Shown: in pieces, positions 1 to 9,230 of the stretch
How the letters are laid out: each line of letters opens with the position of its first letter
How positions within the stretch are numbered: the first letter of the stretch is position 1
From: a virus
DNA: 64,000 nucleotides
Strand: one strand, 5' to 3'
Virus record (IMG/VR): IMGVR_UViG_2531839741_000003
Span: 3,238-67,237 of that record
Notes under the pieces: model-generated
Databases searched by the model: none
Seen by the model: only the letters and a program-made list of their open reading frames with translations
Told to the model about the DNA's origin: nothing
Translations under genes and position numbers: made by a program

Positions 1-2
1 CT

Positions 3-1196
3 CTAGCTGCAATTGATCCTCCAAAGGTAGCTAGAAATTTTGAAACCATAGTTACAACTGGACGTTGGGACGACTTGTTTATATTTGAAGGAACTGCACT
101 TGAAACTGCAATGATGGAGTTTATTCATGCTCAATTGAACCAAGATTTAGTTGACATGAAGAATTCTCAAGCTGTTAGTTTATTGGCTAAGTGGATGCCT
201 AGTTCAAATGCTAGTTCAAAAGAAACTCGCCGCCTTGCACGTAAGTTCTATACATTTATGGGTATCAATGAACGAGCTTATAGAAAGATTTTGTCTACTC
301 TAAGAAGATACTTGAGTATCGTAGAGCGGCAAATGAGTGCTAATAAGTTTGGATTGATTAACTATGAATGTGTACCTTCTAAAGCTATAAACAATTATAA
401 AAATGCTTTTCAGCGTCACGATGAAGAGCGTTTTGGTCAGTATTTGTCTGATGTTTATGAAGGCAAAGCTAAAATCAATGCTGGGACTCTATATCCATAT
501 GATGTTATTAAGTCTTATCTTTCTGACAACATATGGACGGGTCCTTGCGTTGATGAAGTAGATCCTGTAGTAGAAGCACAATGGAAAGCATTACCAAATT
601 ATGTTGAGGGAGAACATAATGTAATTGTAATGGCTGATGTTAGTGGTTCTATGGAGGGGCGTCCAATGGAAACATCTATTGGTTTAGGAATTTACTTTGC
701 AGAACGTAATACAGGGGCATATCAGAATTTGGTCATGACATTTACTGATAGACCGTCATTGTTTGAGCTTGATCCAAATTCTACTCTATTGACACGGGCG
801 CAGGAGGTATCTGAACACACGGGATATAACACTAATCTGGATATTGCATTAGAAAAAATTTACAATATTGCTAAAAAGAGTAACGAAGCTCCAGAAGCTT
901 TAGTTGTAATTAGTGATGGTGAGTTTGACGATTATTGTAGTTCAAATCCAGTTGACTCAATTGTAGAAAAGTGGCAAAAGGAATATGAAGCTATTGGCTT
1001 GGCGGCGCCTAAGATTATTTCTTGGAATGTTGCAAGCCGTGGCGACAGATATATTGAATCAATGGCAAATGCTGGAATTAGTTATGTTTCTGGTAGTAGC
1101 GCTGGTACCTTTAAGGAATTGACAGCGTTGATTACTAAGAGTGCTTATGACGCTATGGTTGATATTTTAAGTAAAACTGTATTCTGTTGGAGGTAA
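3..1196 (+). CDS. DUF2828-like vWA-domain protein, 5' end outside the window
   Basis: Frame is open from base 3 (GRWDDL upstream of the track start); MIDAS motif DVSGSM, VISDGEFD and WNV; stop TAA. Confidence 0.75.
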   Translation, partial: LAAIDPPKVARNFETIVTTGRWDDLFIFEGTALETAMMEFIHAQLNQDLVDMKNSQAVSLLAKWMPSSNASSKETRRLARKFYTFMGINERAYRKILSTLRRYLSIVERQMSANKFGLINYECVPSKAINNYKNAFQRHDEERFGQYLSDVYEGKAKINAGTLYPYDVIKSYLSDNIWTGPCVDEVDPVVEAQWKALPNYVEGEHNVIVMADVSGSMEGRPMETSIGLGIYFAERNTGAYQNLVMTFTDRPSLFELDPNSTLLTRAQEVSEHTGYNTNLDIALEKIYNIAKKSNEAPEALVVISDGEFDDYCSSNPVDSIVEKWQKEYEAIGLAAPKIISWNVASRGDRYIESMANAGISYVSGSSAGTFKELTALITKSAYDAMVDILSKTVFCWR

Positions 1197-1335
1197 TTAT
1201 GTATAAGATTTATCCCTACATTAGTTATGTTTTATATAGATGTCCAAATTTTTTGAATTTTATTGCGGCGGCTCTTACATTAATTGTGTAAGGGTTCATG
1301 CCCTAATATTTTGAATTAAAAGGAGCGATTTTATT

Positions 1336-1986
1336 ATGAGTAATTACAAGTGCCCAGGTTGTGGCAAAGTCTATACAACTCTAGATGCGGCAATTGAATG
1401 TGCTAGTAAAGATTCTATGGAGCTAAAGGCGAAGGAATCAAGTAAGGAAAAAGTAACAAAGGAACTTAAGTCACTAAAAGATCACATTTATACGCTATAT
1501 GATGAAATGACTGAGTTCATTGATAAATATAATAGTAAGGCGGCAGATTATAGGAAGAATTATAGTAATTCTGATGATTATGACGCTATTTCTGCTGCTA
1601 TTTACACTTCTGAAACTGTTACCTATGATACTGATGATTTAGGCAATAGTGTAAAGATTTCTTTCTGTGATCTTAGCGATTTGAAAGAAAAGCTAAAGGA
1701 AAAGAAGGGGGCGCAGACTTCTACAGTTAATAAAACTGAGAATGTCGGAAAATACAAGCCGACAGACAGAAAATTTAAGAAAGATGAGAAGGCAAATACA
1801 ACTTCTGCCGCAAAGCCAAAGACAGAAAAGAAATCTGATATTGAGCGTTTGAAATCTCGTTATGAAGATTTATATTCAAAGTTTAGTGCTTCTGATAAGA
1901 AGTTTATTGATGATTTTAATACTGCTTTTGAAAAAACGCTAGAGGAAAAGAAAGATGATGACTTCGATTTTAATTTCTGGAAGTGA
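1336..1986 (+). CDS. hypothetical protein, Lys/Glu-rich, N-terminal CxxC
   Basis: ORF with AGGAG RBS. Confidence 0.7.
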   Translation: MSNYKCPGCGKVYTTLDAAIECASKDSMELKAKESSKEKVTKELKSLKDHIYTLYDEMTEFIDKYNSKAADYRKNYSNSDDYDAISAAIYTSETVTYDTDDLGNSVKISFCDLSDLKEKLKEKKGAQTSTVNKTENVGKYKPTDRKFKKDEKANTTSAAKPKTEKKSDIERLKSRYEDLYSKFSASDKKFIDDFNTAFEKTLEEKKDDDFDFNFWK

Positions 1987-1992
1987 CTTTAA

Positions 1993-2169
1993 TTGGCTCG
2001 CTACGGAAATCGAAGACAAAATATAGATTTGAACAATTACGAAGCTGAATAGGAAGAAAAGAAACGTAAGAAAGAATCAGAGCGGCGGCGTAATAAGAGA
2101 AAAAGGGACAATTATTATGCGGACGATGAAGACGAATGGGAACATTCAGATGAGTACGATTTTGATTGA
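1993..2169 (+). CDS. possible 58-aa charged protein, needs TAG=Gln at 2050
   Basis: TTG start, MARYGNRRQ...EAE(Q)EEKKRKK...DFD; fills an otherwise empty gap; RBS unclear. Confidence 0.35.
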
Positions 2170-2194
2170 ATAAAATTCAAAGAGAGAAAGAAAT

Positions 2195-2223
2195 TTGACT
2201 TTCTCTCTTTTTTATGTTATAAT
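2195..2223 (+). promoter_or_regulatory. sigma70/sigma-A-type promoter; first of about 20 similar + strand copies
   Basis: TTGACT-N17-TATAAT with TG extension. Similar -35 boxes near 2655, 5115, 6009, 10716, 12243, 13654, 15016, 16423, 16967, 17430, 17746, 20973, 23995, 24221, 24392, 25143, 25326, 30317, 30892, 31293; most are followed by ATATATAGAA(GG)TAAGG; minus-strand copies lie at 27-35 kb. Confidence 0.85.
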
Positions 2224-2251
2224 ATAAATATAGTAAGAGGGAGGAAATAGA

Positions 2252-2452
2252 ATGAAAACTTTAATTAAAATGGGTTTAACAAAACTTGTTTCATTCACTT
2301 GTATGTTCGTAGGAATCTTTTGGACTGTTATCTTTATATTCTTAACTTCCTTTGGATATGGAATTCTAACATTTATTGCTACGGCGGCGATCTGTACTTT
2401 ATTAGAATTCGTCTATGTATATCTGGAGGAAAAATATGAAAATAGCAAGTAA
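2252..2452 (+). CDS. small membrane protein
   Basis: RBS GGAGG, two hydrophobic stretches. Confidence 0.6.
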   Translation: MKTLIKMGLTKLVSFTCMFVGIFWTVIFIFLTSFGYGILTFIATAAICTLLEFVYVYLEEKYENSK

Positions 2453-2651
2453 AATATTTTGGGCGCTCATGATTGTTATAGCCGCAGTTATCATGCTTAT
2501 TGTTGTTTCACTTGGTTGTTTCTATACTATTGCATTCTTCCTATTTGGTACAATTGCAAAAGGTATTATAACAGCAGCTTTAACATTTTGTTTTACAGTA
2601 GCGAGTTGCATTACCATAACCACTATGAAAGATATTTTTAGTGAAAAATAA
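2436..2651 (+). CDS. small membrane protein
   Basis: ATG 2436 after GGAGG; hydrophobic. Confidence 0.6.
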   Translation: MKIASKIFWALMIVIAAVIMLIVVSLGCFYTIAFFLFGTIAKGIITAALTFCFTVASCITITTMKDIFSEK

Positions 2652-2715
2652 AATTTGACTTTTATAAAAATTTATGATATAATATATATAGAAACAAAGG
2701 GAAAGGATTGATATA

Positions 2716-3024
2716 ATGAGCAAGCCTATTTGCGGGATTTATCTTATTGAATCTAAAATTGATGGACGTAAATATGTTGGTCAAGCTGTTGATTGTGAAA
2801 GACGTTTCAGAGAACATTGCTCAAGAAACGGTTTAGTAATTGATAAGGCAATTAAGGAAATTGGAGTTGAGAACTTTAATTTTGCTGTAATCAAAAGATG
2901 CGATAAGAAAAGACTTAACTATTGGGAAGCTTATTATATCTACAAGTACGACACAGTAAGAACTGGATTCAACGAGAAAATTGATTCTAAGTATAAGGAA
3001 CATTTTGAGGAGAAGGGATTTTAA
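2716..3024 (+). CDS. free-standing GIY-YIG endonuclease
   Basis: GIYLIES..GRKYVGQ..D..RRF..H motif and later E; own promoter. Confidence 0.85.
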   Translation: MSKPICGIYLIESKIDGRKYVGQAVDCERRFREHCSRNGLVIDKAIKEIGVENFNFAVIKRCDKKRLNYWEAYYIYKYDTVRTGFNEKIDSKYKEHFEEKGF

Positions 3025-3162
3025 TGTTAGAGTGTATTATTAAACAAATGTTAAGTTATGGATATTTGCCATTTGAAATCTCATGTGAACTATGTAGTAG
3101 GTTTGGCTTTGAGCAAGATCAACTCGATTTTATTATTTATAATATTGTAAAGGAGAATTCTA

Positions 3163-4209
3163 ATGTTAAACATTCAATCTTTCATTCAGTCGAATCCTAA
3201 CAATTGGGAAGAATTATTGGCGGGCGCACCTTATTTTTTAAGAATTAAGCACCAAGATAATCTTATCATGTTTAACTATACTCAAGGTCGTTCTATACCT
3301 AGTGAGATTGTTAATGAAGCAAGAGGTTTAATCCTTGAAGCTGGAACTTTTCGTGTAGTTCGTTATATGTTCTATCGTTTCTATAATTTTCAAGAAGCTG
3401 GTGCGGCGCAAATTGATTCTAATTCAATGTTTGCGACTGAAAAGATAGATGGCTCAATTGTTGGTATTTATTATTACAATGGCTGGCATATCTCTACTCG
3501 TAATACTTTTGATGCTGATGCCGCAAATGTAGGTGATGTTAATTTCTTTGTAGAGATTATTGCCGCACTGGACAATGAAGGTATCTTGCTTACAGACTTA
3601 GATAAGAATTTAACCTATGTTTTTGAATTAGTTTCTCCTAATGTACAACAGATTGTACACTATGATAATCAGAATCTTTATTTCTTAATGGCACGAGATA
3701 ATACTACCTTAGAAGAAGTTCAGTTAGATAATAATTGGCGGCGTCCTCAACGTTTTGAAGCAAAATCTATTCAGGATATTGCGGCGAAGATTCAGGAATT
3801 AAATGGTAAAGAATTTGAAGGCGTCGTTGTAGAAGATAAGTACCATAATCGTGTTAAGGTTAAGAACTTAGAATGGTTAAAATATCATAAGTTGCATAAC
3901 AATGGTCGCTTAACTAATGTTAATATCGTTGAAATGATTATGTCAGGTGAAGACGCAGAATATTTATCCTACTATCCTGAGCATACTGAACGTTTCAATA
4001 TGATTCGTGTTATCTATGAACATACCTTGCGTTGGGCAGAATGGGAAGATAACATTGGCTATGCAGATAAGTATACTCGTCCTGAGTTTGCAAAGTTAGA
4101 ACCCACTCCTTTCATGTGGAAGGCTTATAACAAGCAATTGTTGCAGTATGTTCGTACTATGCGGCCTCGTCAATTTGTAGAGAAGTTCTTAGGAGAAGTT
4201 AATGGTTGA
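3163..4209 (+). CDS. T4 Rnl1-like RNA ligase
   Basis: Nucleotidyltransferase motifs EKIDGS, FELVSP, EGVVV, KVKN; N-terminal MFNY and RFYNF. Confidence 0.85.
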   Translation: MLNIQSFIQSNPNNWEELLAGAPYFLRIKHQDNLIMFNYTQGRSIPSEIVNEARGLILEAGTFRVVRYMFYRFYNFQEAGAAQIDSNSMFATEKIDGSIVGIYYYNGWHISTRNTFDADAANVGDVNFFVEIIAALDNEGILLTDLDKNLTYVFELVSPNVQQIVHYDNQNLYFLMARDNTTLEEVQLDNNWRRPQRFEAKSIQDIAAKIQELNGKEFEGVVVEDKYHNRVKVKNLEWLKYHKLHNNGRLTNVNIVEMIMSGEDAEYLSYYPEHTERFNMIRVIYEHTLRWAEWEDNIGYADKYTRPEFAKLEPTPFMWKAYNKQLLQYVRTMRPRQFVEKFLGEVNG

Positions 4210-4411
4210 TTTTAGTGAATATTTAGATTTGAATAAGCCGCCACCTCCTAAAAAGAAGTCAATGGGATTCGATTTCTCTATTGGAGATCCAATGGAGAAT
4301 TCATCCTTAACGGCGGTAGAAATAAAAGAAACAACATATAATCCATTTGTCTATCAATTGGACGAAGATATATTAATGGTGGCTGCTTTATATGGCGGGC
4401 CACTATATTAA
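4202..4411 (+). CDS. hypothetical protein
   Basis: ORF overlapping the ligase stop. Confidence 0.5.
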   Translation: MVDFSEYLDLNKPPPPKKKSMGFDFSIGDPMENSSLTAVEIKETTYNPFVYQLDEDILMVAALYGGPLY

Positions 4412-4414
4412 GGA

Positions 4415-4777
4415 GTGAATATAATGAATTTTATTAATGTAAAAATTGTAGATACAGTATTAACAGATAAGGCAATTTCTCTTGTTGTTAATGGTAGCGG
4501 CGAGAGTGAAGATACTATGTTAATTGGTCCATTTGGTTTTACAACTGAAACATTTAGCACAATTCTATCTATTGTCGGCGCCGAATCATGGGAAACTGTT
4601 AAAGATTCCTACATGAGATTGAAGATTGAAAATGAAAATCAAATTACTGCAATTGGCAATATTATTGAGAATAGATGGGTAGAGCTTGTTTTCAATGGCA
4701 ATGAATCTAACAATGAAATTGCGGCGGCAGAATCTTGTGAATCTTGTGATGGAGAATGTGATACTTGTAAGGAGTGA
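4415..4777 (+). CDS. hypothetical protein with Cys-rich C-terminus
   Basis: ORF track, AGGAG upstream. Confidence 0.6.
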   Translation: MNIMNFINVKIVDTVLTDKAISLVVNGSGESEDTMLIGPFGFTTETFSTILSIVGAESWETVKDSYMRLKIENENQITAIGNIIENRWVELVFNGNESNNEIAAAESCESCDGECDTCKE

Positions 4778-4781
4778 GCTT

Positions 4782-5093
4782 ATGAGATTTGATTATACAG
4801 ATTGTGAAAGTGAAACAGAAGCAAAGAGAAAAGCAAGAAAAGACCTAGTTAAACTTTATTGGGATTTTACTGTGCAGACCTTTGGCGAGGAGAATGTACG
4901 TATGGTTGACAAGAATAAAATTGGCTTCGTCTTTGGGGATGCAAAAGATAAAGATGGTTTCCCTTGTGATTTTGCGGCTGTGATTCATCCTGTCCCTCAA
5001 AACTTTGAAGAGCATACTGGTCCTAAGAGAACATATCCAGCTTATGATTTATATCAAGTTGCAGATGATTTTGCAGCGGGCATTGAAAAGTAA
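4782..5093 (+). CDS. hypothetical protein
   Basis: ATG 4782 after AAGGAG, within ORF 4686-5093. Confidence 0.6.
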   Translation: MRFDYTDCESETEAKRKARKDLVKLYWDFTVQTFGEENVRMVDKNKIGFVFGDAKDKDGFPCDFAAVIHPVPQNFEEHTGPKRTYPAYDLYQVADDFAAGIEK

Positions 5094-5178
5094 AAATTAA
5101 ACTCGAATAAAAACTTTACTTTTCTAAAAATTTATGTTATAATATATATAGAAAGTAAGGAAAAGGAGCAACAAGTTT

Positions 5179-6012
5179 ATGAGTATTTTTGAAAAAGAAA
5201 TTGAAAGAAGATTAGAAAATAATGAGGAAGTTTACAATGCCTATGAAGTTTTAGCTAGTACTGATTTTCATTATGTTAGCTGTGAAGAAGAATCACCTAT
5301 ATATGAAAGTATAATGATTGATGATTATGATTGGATGTCAGGTGCAACAAAAGTCTACATTCTGTTTGCTGATTTTCATTATGTTAGCTGTGAAGAAGAA
5401 TCACCTATATATGAAAGTATAATGATTGATGATTATTATTGGATGTCAGGTGCAACAAAAGTCTGCATTCTGTTTGATGATTTTGTATTGAAAACATTGA
5501 TTTGCGGCGAAATGGAATGGAATGAAGAAACTGGCACTTTTGAAGAGATTGATTGCGGCGATACTTATGATGATTTCTGTAGAATAGAATATCAGGTTTA
5601 TCAAAGAGCAGTAATTGAGGGGGTATCCCAGTTCTTTGCTGAAACAATTTATCTTGGTGATAGCGTCTATGCACAACAACGTTCTGAAGGCGATGTTTGT
5701 GATATTGAAACAGAGGTTGAAGACGAAGAATTAACAGTGGCAAACTTTGTTAATAGCACTTGTAAGGCATTAGGTATTGAGAAACTTCCAACTTATTTTG
5801 ATAGTGATTATTATCTTGTAAAGTGCTTCTTTGATCACTATTCTGATTTAGAAATGGTTCAGTTATATAATTTCTTAAAAAAGTATGATATTAACGATCT
5901 CCACGATGGTAATGTCGGGGTCTACAATGGCAAGCCAATGATTTATGACTTTAGCGGATATTTAAGTTGTACGTCTGAAAGAATTAAAAAATCCTTCAAA
6001 ACGAAAATTTGA
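5179..6012 (+). CDS. protein-kinase/APH-like fold protein with an internal 36-aa duplication
   Basis: DLHDGN and YDFSG resemble the catalytic loop and DFG motif; VLK upstream. Confidence 0.55.
   Translation: MSIFEKEIERRLENNEEVYNAYEVLASTDFHYVSCEEESPIYESIMIDDYDWMSGATKVYILFADFHYVSCEEESPIYESIMIDDYYWMSGATKVCILFDDFVLKTLICGEMEWNEETGTFEEIDCGDTYDDFCRIEYQVYQRAVIEGVSQFFAETIYLGDSVYAQQRSEGDVCDIETEVEDEELTVANFVNSTCKALGIEKLPTYFDSDYYLVKCFFDHYSDLEMVQLYNFLKKYDINDLHDGNVGVYNGKPMIYDFSGYLSCTSERIKKSFKTKI
5261..5476 (+). repeat. in-frame 108-bp tandem duplication
   Basis: 5261-5368 and 5369-5476 differ at two positions. Confidence 0.9.
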
Positions 6013-6139
6013 CTTTTAATAAAATCTATGATATAATATATATAGAGAGTTAAGGAAAAGCTACTTTAAAGCAGTAACAGCGAATCTTACTTAATGAAAA
6101 TATTATTTATATTTTAATTTTAAGCTGCTTGGTAAAAAG

Positions 6140-6430
6140 AGATAGCAAGTCTTCTCTCCTTGGTCGGCATTCGCTTGTGCCTTATCCATAAAAGTTAAAT
6201 CAAGTACTTAGCCGCCAGTTTGCTCAGTAGGCGGGATATAAGTTTACACTGCCGTTTCTTTAGCTTTTCACTTTCCGAAAAAAGCGTAAAAAGCCGTTAG
6301 GGCAAACGAGATCGCCTGCTTTACCTGTACGGGAGTTTGATCGTAAACTGAATCGTATCGGATTTACCATTGCACGATAGAAAATGGCGTCTGCATAGTA
6401 CGAGAACTAATGTATGAGGTACGCTTTCCT
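6140..6430 (+). ncRNA. candidate structured ncRNA, family unknown
   Basis: ORF-free, higher GC, successive hairpins, downstream of the promoter at 6009. Confidence 0.35.
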
Positions 6431-6581
6431 TTTTCTATAGAGGACGCTCTTTAGAATAAAAAAAGTTTGGGTTGAAATTCCTTTTGATGGGCTGTAATAC
6501 GCTGGCGGGTCCATCAACAAAATGGCGGCGAAAGCAAGAACCTTTACGAGGTGCCGCTATTCAAACTAATCTTGCTACTAT

Positions 6582-6655
6582 TGGAAGGTCGTCTAAAGGT
6601 AGGACACGGGACTTTGACTCCTGCAATAATAGTTCGAGTCTATTTCTTCCAGCCA
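6582..6655 (+). tRNA. tRNA-Gln(TTG)
   Basis: Acceptor TGGAAGG/TCTTCCA, anticodon loop CTTTGAC, T-arm AATAG-TTCGAGT-CTATT, encoded CCA. Confidence 0.95.
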
Positions 6656-6683
6656 TTATACCCAATGAATAGGAGGATATACT

Positions 6684-7076
6684 ATGAAAATTTCAAGACA
6701 AGAGATTGAAGATGTTGTTAAGCAGTATAAGCTCTCGGGTCAAAGTAAAATGCCAAGTGATGAAATTGTCTATAAGGCGGACCATGGATTTTACAAATAT
6801 GAACTCTATAATCTTGATGGCGAGATTGCGGCATTTATCTTACCTCGACTCTATGAATATAGAAAGTCTTGTTCTCAATGGATTCCTTCTGATATTCTTG
6901 AGTCTTGTGATGGTAATGAAGCTGAAGCATATAAGAAATGGAAGAAAATTCTTAAGAAAATGATTGTAGCTTTTTATTATGTTGCAAAAGGCTCAACGTG
7001 TAGTGAAGAAGAGGACAAAAAAGTAGAAAAAGGACTTAGATTATTCTCAAAATATCTTACGTCCCTTTGGACTTAA
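6684..7076 (+). CDS. hypothetical protein
   Basis: ORF with AGGAGG RBS. Confidence 0.7.
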   Translation: MKISRQEIEDVVKQYKLSGQSKMPSDEIVYKADHGFYKYELYNLDGEIAAFILPRLYEYRKSCSQWIPSDILESCDGNEAEAYKKWKKILKKMIVAFYYVAKGSTCSEEEDKKVEKGLRLFSKYLTSLWT

Positions 7077-7084
7077 AGATATAA

Positions 7085-7330
7085 ATGCGTGTAGAGATAG
7101 CACGAAGTAATCAATTAGATTGCGGCTTAATTGACGAATCGAAAGACGTAGCAGTTAAGTTTTCAGTATGAAGGTCTTAGCTCTGGGAAATAGTTGAGGT
7201 CGAAAGACGGGAGTAAAGATTGGACTGAAACGGGGTTGCCTGACGACCTGCGTAGCTCAACCGCTAGACAATAGAAACAGGCTTGGCTGCTTTGCGGCGA
7301 CAGAGTTCTCCTATCTCACAAAGGGAGTTC
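7085..7330 (+). ncRNA. candidate structured ncRNA, family unknown
   Basis: ORF-free, GC-elevated; two GAAA tetraloop hairpins, TCAATTA/TAATTGA stem, long-range TTCAGT/ACTGAA and GCCTG/CAGGC pairs. Confidence 0.4.
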
Positions 7331-7336
7331 TAATAT

Positions 7337-7408
7337 TCTTCTTTAGCTCAGCGGCAGAGCACCCATCTGTTAAACGGGAGGTCGTTGGTTCGAGTCCAAC
7401 AAGAAGAA
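7337..7408 (+). tRNA. tRNA-Asn(GTT)
   Basis: Acceptor TCTTCTT/AAGAAGA, loop CTGTTAA, T-arm GTTGG-TTCGAGT-CCAAC; CCA not encoded. Confidence 0.9.
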
Positions 7409-7414
7409 TTATAT

Positions 7415-7735
7415 GGGGTCGTATTAGGTTCGACAGCATAATGGAAAATATTAAGCAAGCAAACCTTTTAACAAGAAATTGCACTAGTAATTTTGCAATG
7501 GCTGCCTAAGTGCAGCCCGTCAATTATAAGTTCCTGTTGCGGCTTATAAGTTGGCGTGGATTAGCAACAGAAAAACTCAGGACAATTGTAATGCGTCTTG
7601 TTTCACCTCCTAAATTACATGGCGGCTCAATAGTTTTGTTCATTTTGTAGAGCTACTATATTAAAATGAAATAAGCTTGTAGAAAGATATTGGAAGTTAT
7701 GTTGGACAGGAGTGCAATTCTCCTCGACTCCACCA
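7415..7735 (+). ncRNA. ssrA: tmRNA
   Basis: GGGGTCG/CGACTCC acceptor with G3-U70, ends ACCA; tag frame ANLLTRNCTSNFAMAA then TAA. Confidence 0.92.
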
Positions 7736-7762
7736 AGACAGAGGCAGTTAATTGCCTCATAT

Positions 7763-7836
7763 TCTCCGTAAGCTTTAAGGTGAAGCACCGACCTTTTAAG
7801 TCGGAGAAGAGAGATCGTTACTCTCACGGAGAACCA
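7763..7836 (+). tRNA. tRNA-Lys(TTT)
   Basis: TCTCCGT/ACGGAGA, CCGAC-CTTTTAA-GTCGG, CCA. Confidence 0.92.
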
Positions 7837-7919
7837 TTTAGACACTCGCAGCCAATTTTATATTAATTTTATTTTGAAAATTATTACAAGTGTCTAGTCA
7901 ATTAAAAAGGAGGTAGACA

Positions 7920-9230
7920 ATGGATTTCCGAAAACTAAAATCAATTGGCAATTGGGCAAATCTAAATAGTATAGATTACCAAACTTATATGGAATGTATA
8001 AAGTTTAGGTTTCTAGAAATTAAAGAAATTTTCCCTGAAATTGATTGGGAGCTATTCAAAACCCATACTCTATCTGAAAGTTTTATTCCAGACAGAGCAA
8101 AGTATAAATATGCAGATAAATTTCTAACTGGTTTTGCTTTTGCAAAAGAAAAGTCTGCCGCCGAAGTTGAATTAATTAATCAAATTTTGTCTATTAGTAC
8201 TCTTGACTTTAGAGAATATGAGATTATAGGTTGGTTACATCAAAATTATTATAATCTTGATAAGAAAGACGTTGATAAGAAACGCCGAGAGGGTAAAGCT
8301 ACAAATGAACAAAGTGAGCTAGAAAAGACTTCTCAGATTTTTACTCCTAAGTGGATTGTAGAATATTTAGTTCAGAATAGTTTAACTTATTATTCTAGAG
8401 AACTTATGGAAGATTATAGCCAAATACTAGATTATTGTGATTATTTTACTCCTAATGCTGTTGGGATTAAAGATAGTAATTCAATTAAAGTTCTTGAACC
8501 TTGTTGCGGCTGTGGAATGTTTATAATTCAAATATTAGATTTCTTACAGCGTTTTATTGTAAAAGATATTCGCCGCATTTGGAATGAGAATATGATTGTC
8601 TATGCGGATTTAGATCCAAAAGTAATTGATGTTACAGATTTCATTTGCTATGTTTACAATCTTACAAGAAATTTTGATTATCAACCTCATGGATTCCTAT
8701 ATCAAAATGAACTAGGATTTATGGATTGTGATTGTGAGATTTGTAAAGACAAGTATGACGTAATATTAACAAATCCTCCTTATGTTGGAAATAAGAATCT
8801 TCCTAAAGAAACAAGAGAATATTTGAAAAAGAATCTGCCGCTTGGTAAAGCAGATTTATGCACGGCGGCCATGGAACAATCTATGAAGATTTTGAAACCT
8901 AATGGAATGATCTCGATGGTAACATCCGATAGCTGGATGTTCTTGAGTAGTTTTGAAAAGCTAAGAGAAAAAATTATTGATGGTTATGATATTATTACAA
9001 TGGCTCATTTAGGTGCTGGTGCTTTTCAAAATGTTCAAGGTAGTGTTGTTAGAGCTACAGCTTTTGTTCTTCAAGAAGGCAGAATTGAGAACTTAAATGG
9101 ACATTATTTTAGACTAGTTGATTCAAAAAATAAGGAAAAAGATTTCTTTGTATGTCATTTCGATGATGTCAAATTTTTGACTTCTGAAGAGTTTTGTGAT
9201 ATAATAAATATAGAAAAAGAAAAGAGGTGA
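7920..9230 (+). CDS. BREX PglX-like (Eco57I-family) N6-adenine DNA methyltransferase, shorter than typical PglX
   Basis: QIFTPKWIVEYLVQNSL, EPCCGCG, TNPPY, SWMFLSSFEKLR, TMAHLGAGAF. Confidence 0.8.
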   Translation: MDFRKLKSIGNWANLNSIDYQTYMECIKFRFLEIKEIFPEIDWELFKTHTLSESFIPDRAKYKYADKFLTGFAFAKEKSAAEVELINQILSISTLDFREYEIIGWLHQNYYNLDKKDVDKKRREGKATNEQSELEKTSQIFTPKWIVEYLVQNSLTYYSRELMEDYSQILDYCDYFTPNAVGIKDSNSIKVLEPCCGCGMFIIQILDFLQRFIVKDIRRIWNENMIVYADLDPKVIDVTDFICYVYNLTRNFDYQPHGFLYQNELGFMDCDCEICKDKYDVILTNPPYVGNKNLPKETREYLKKNLPLGKADLCTAAMEQSMKILKPNGMISMVTSDSWMFLSSFEKLREKIIDGYDIITMAHLGAGAFQNVQGSVVRATAFVLQEGRIENLNGHYFRLVDSKNKEKDFFVCHFDDVKFLTSEEFCDIINIEKEKR

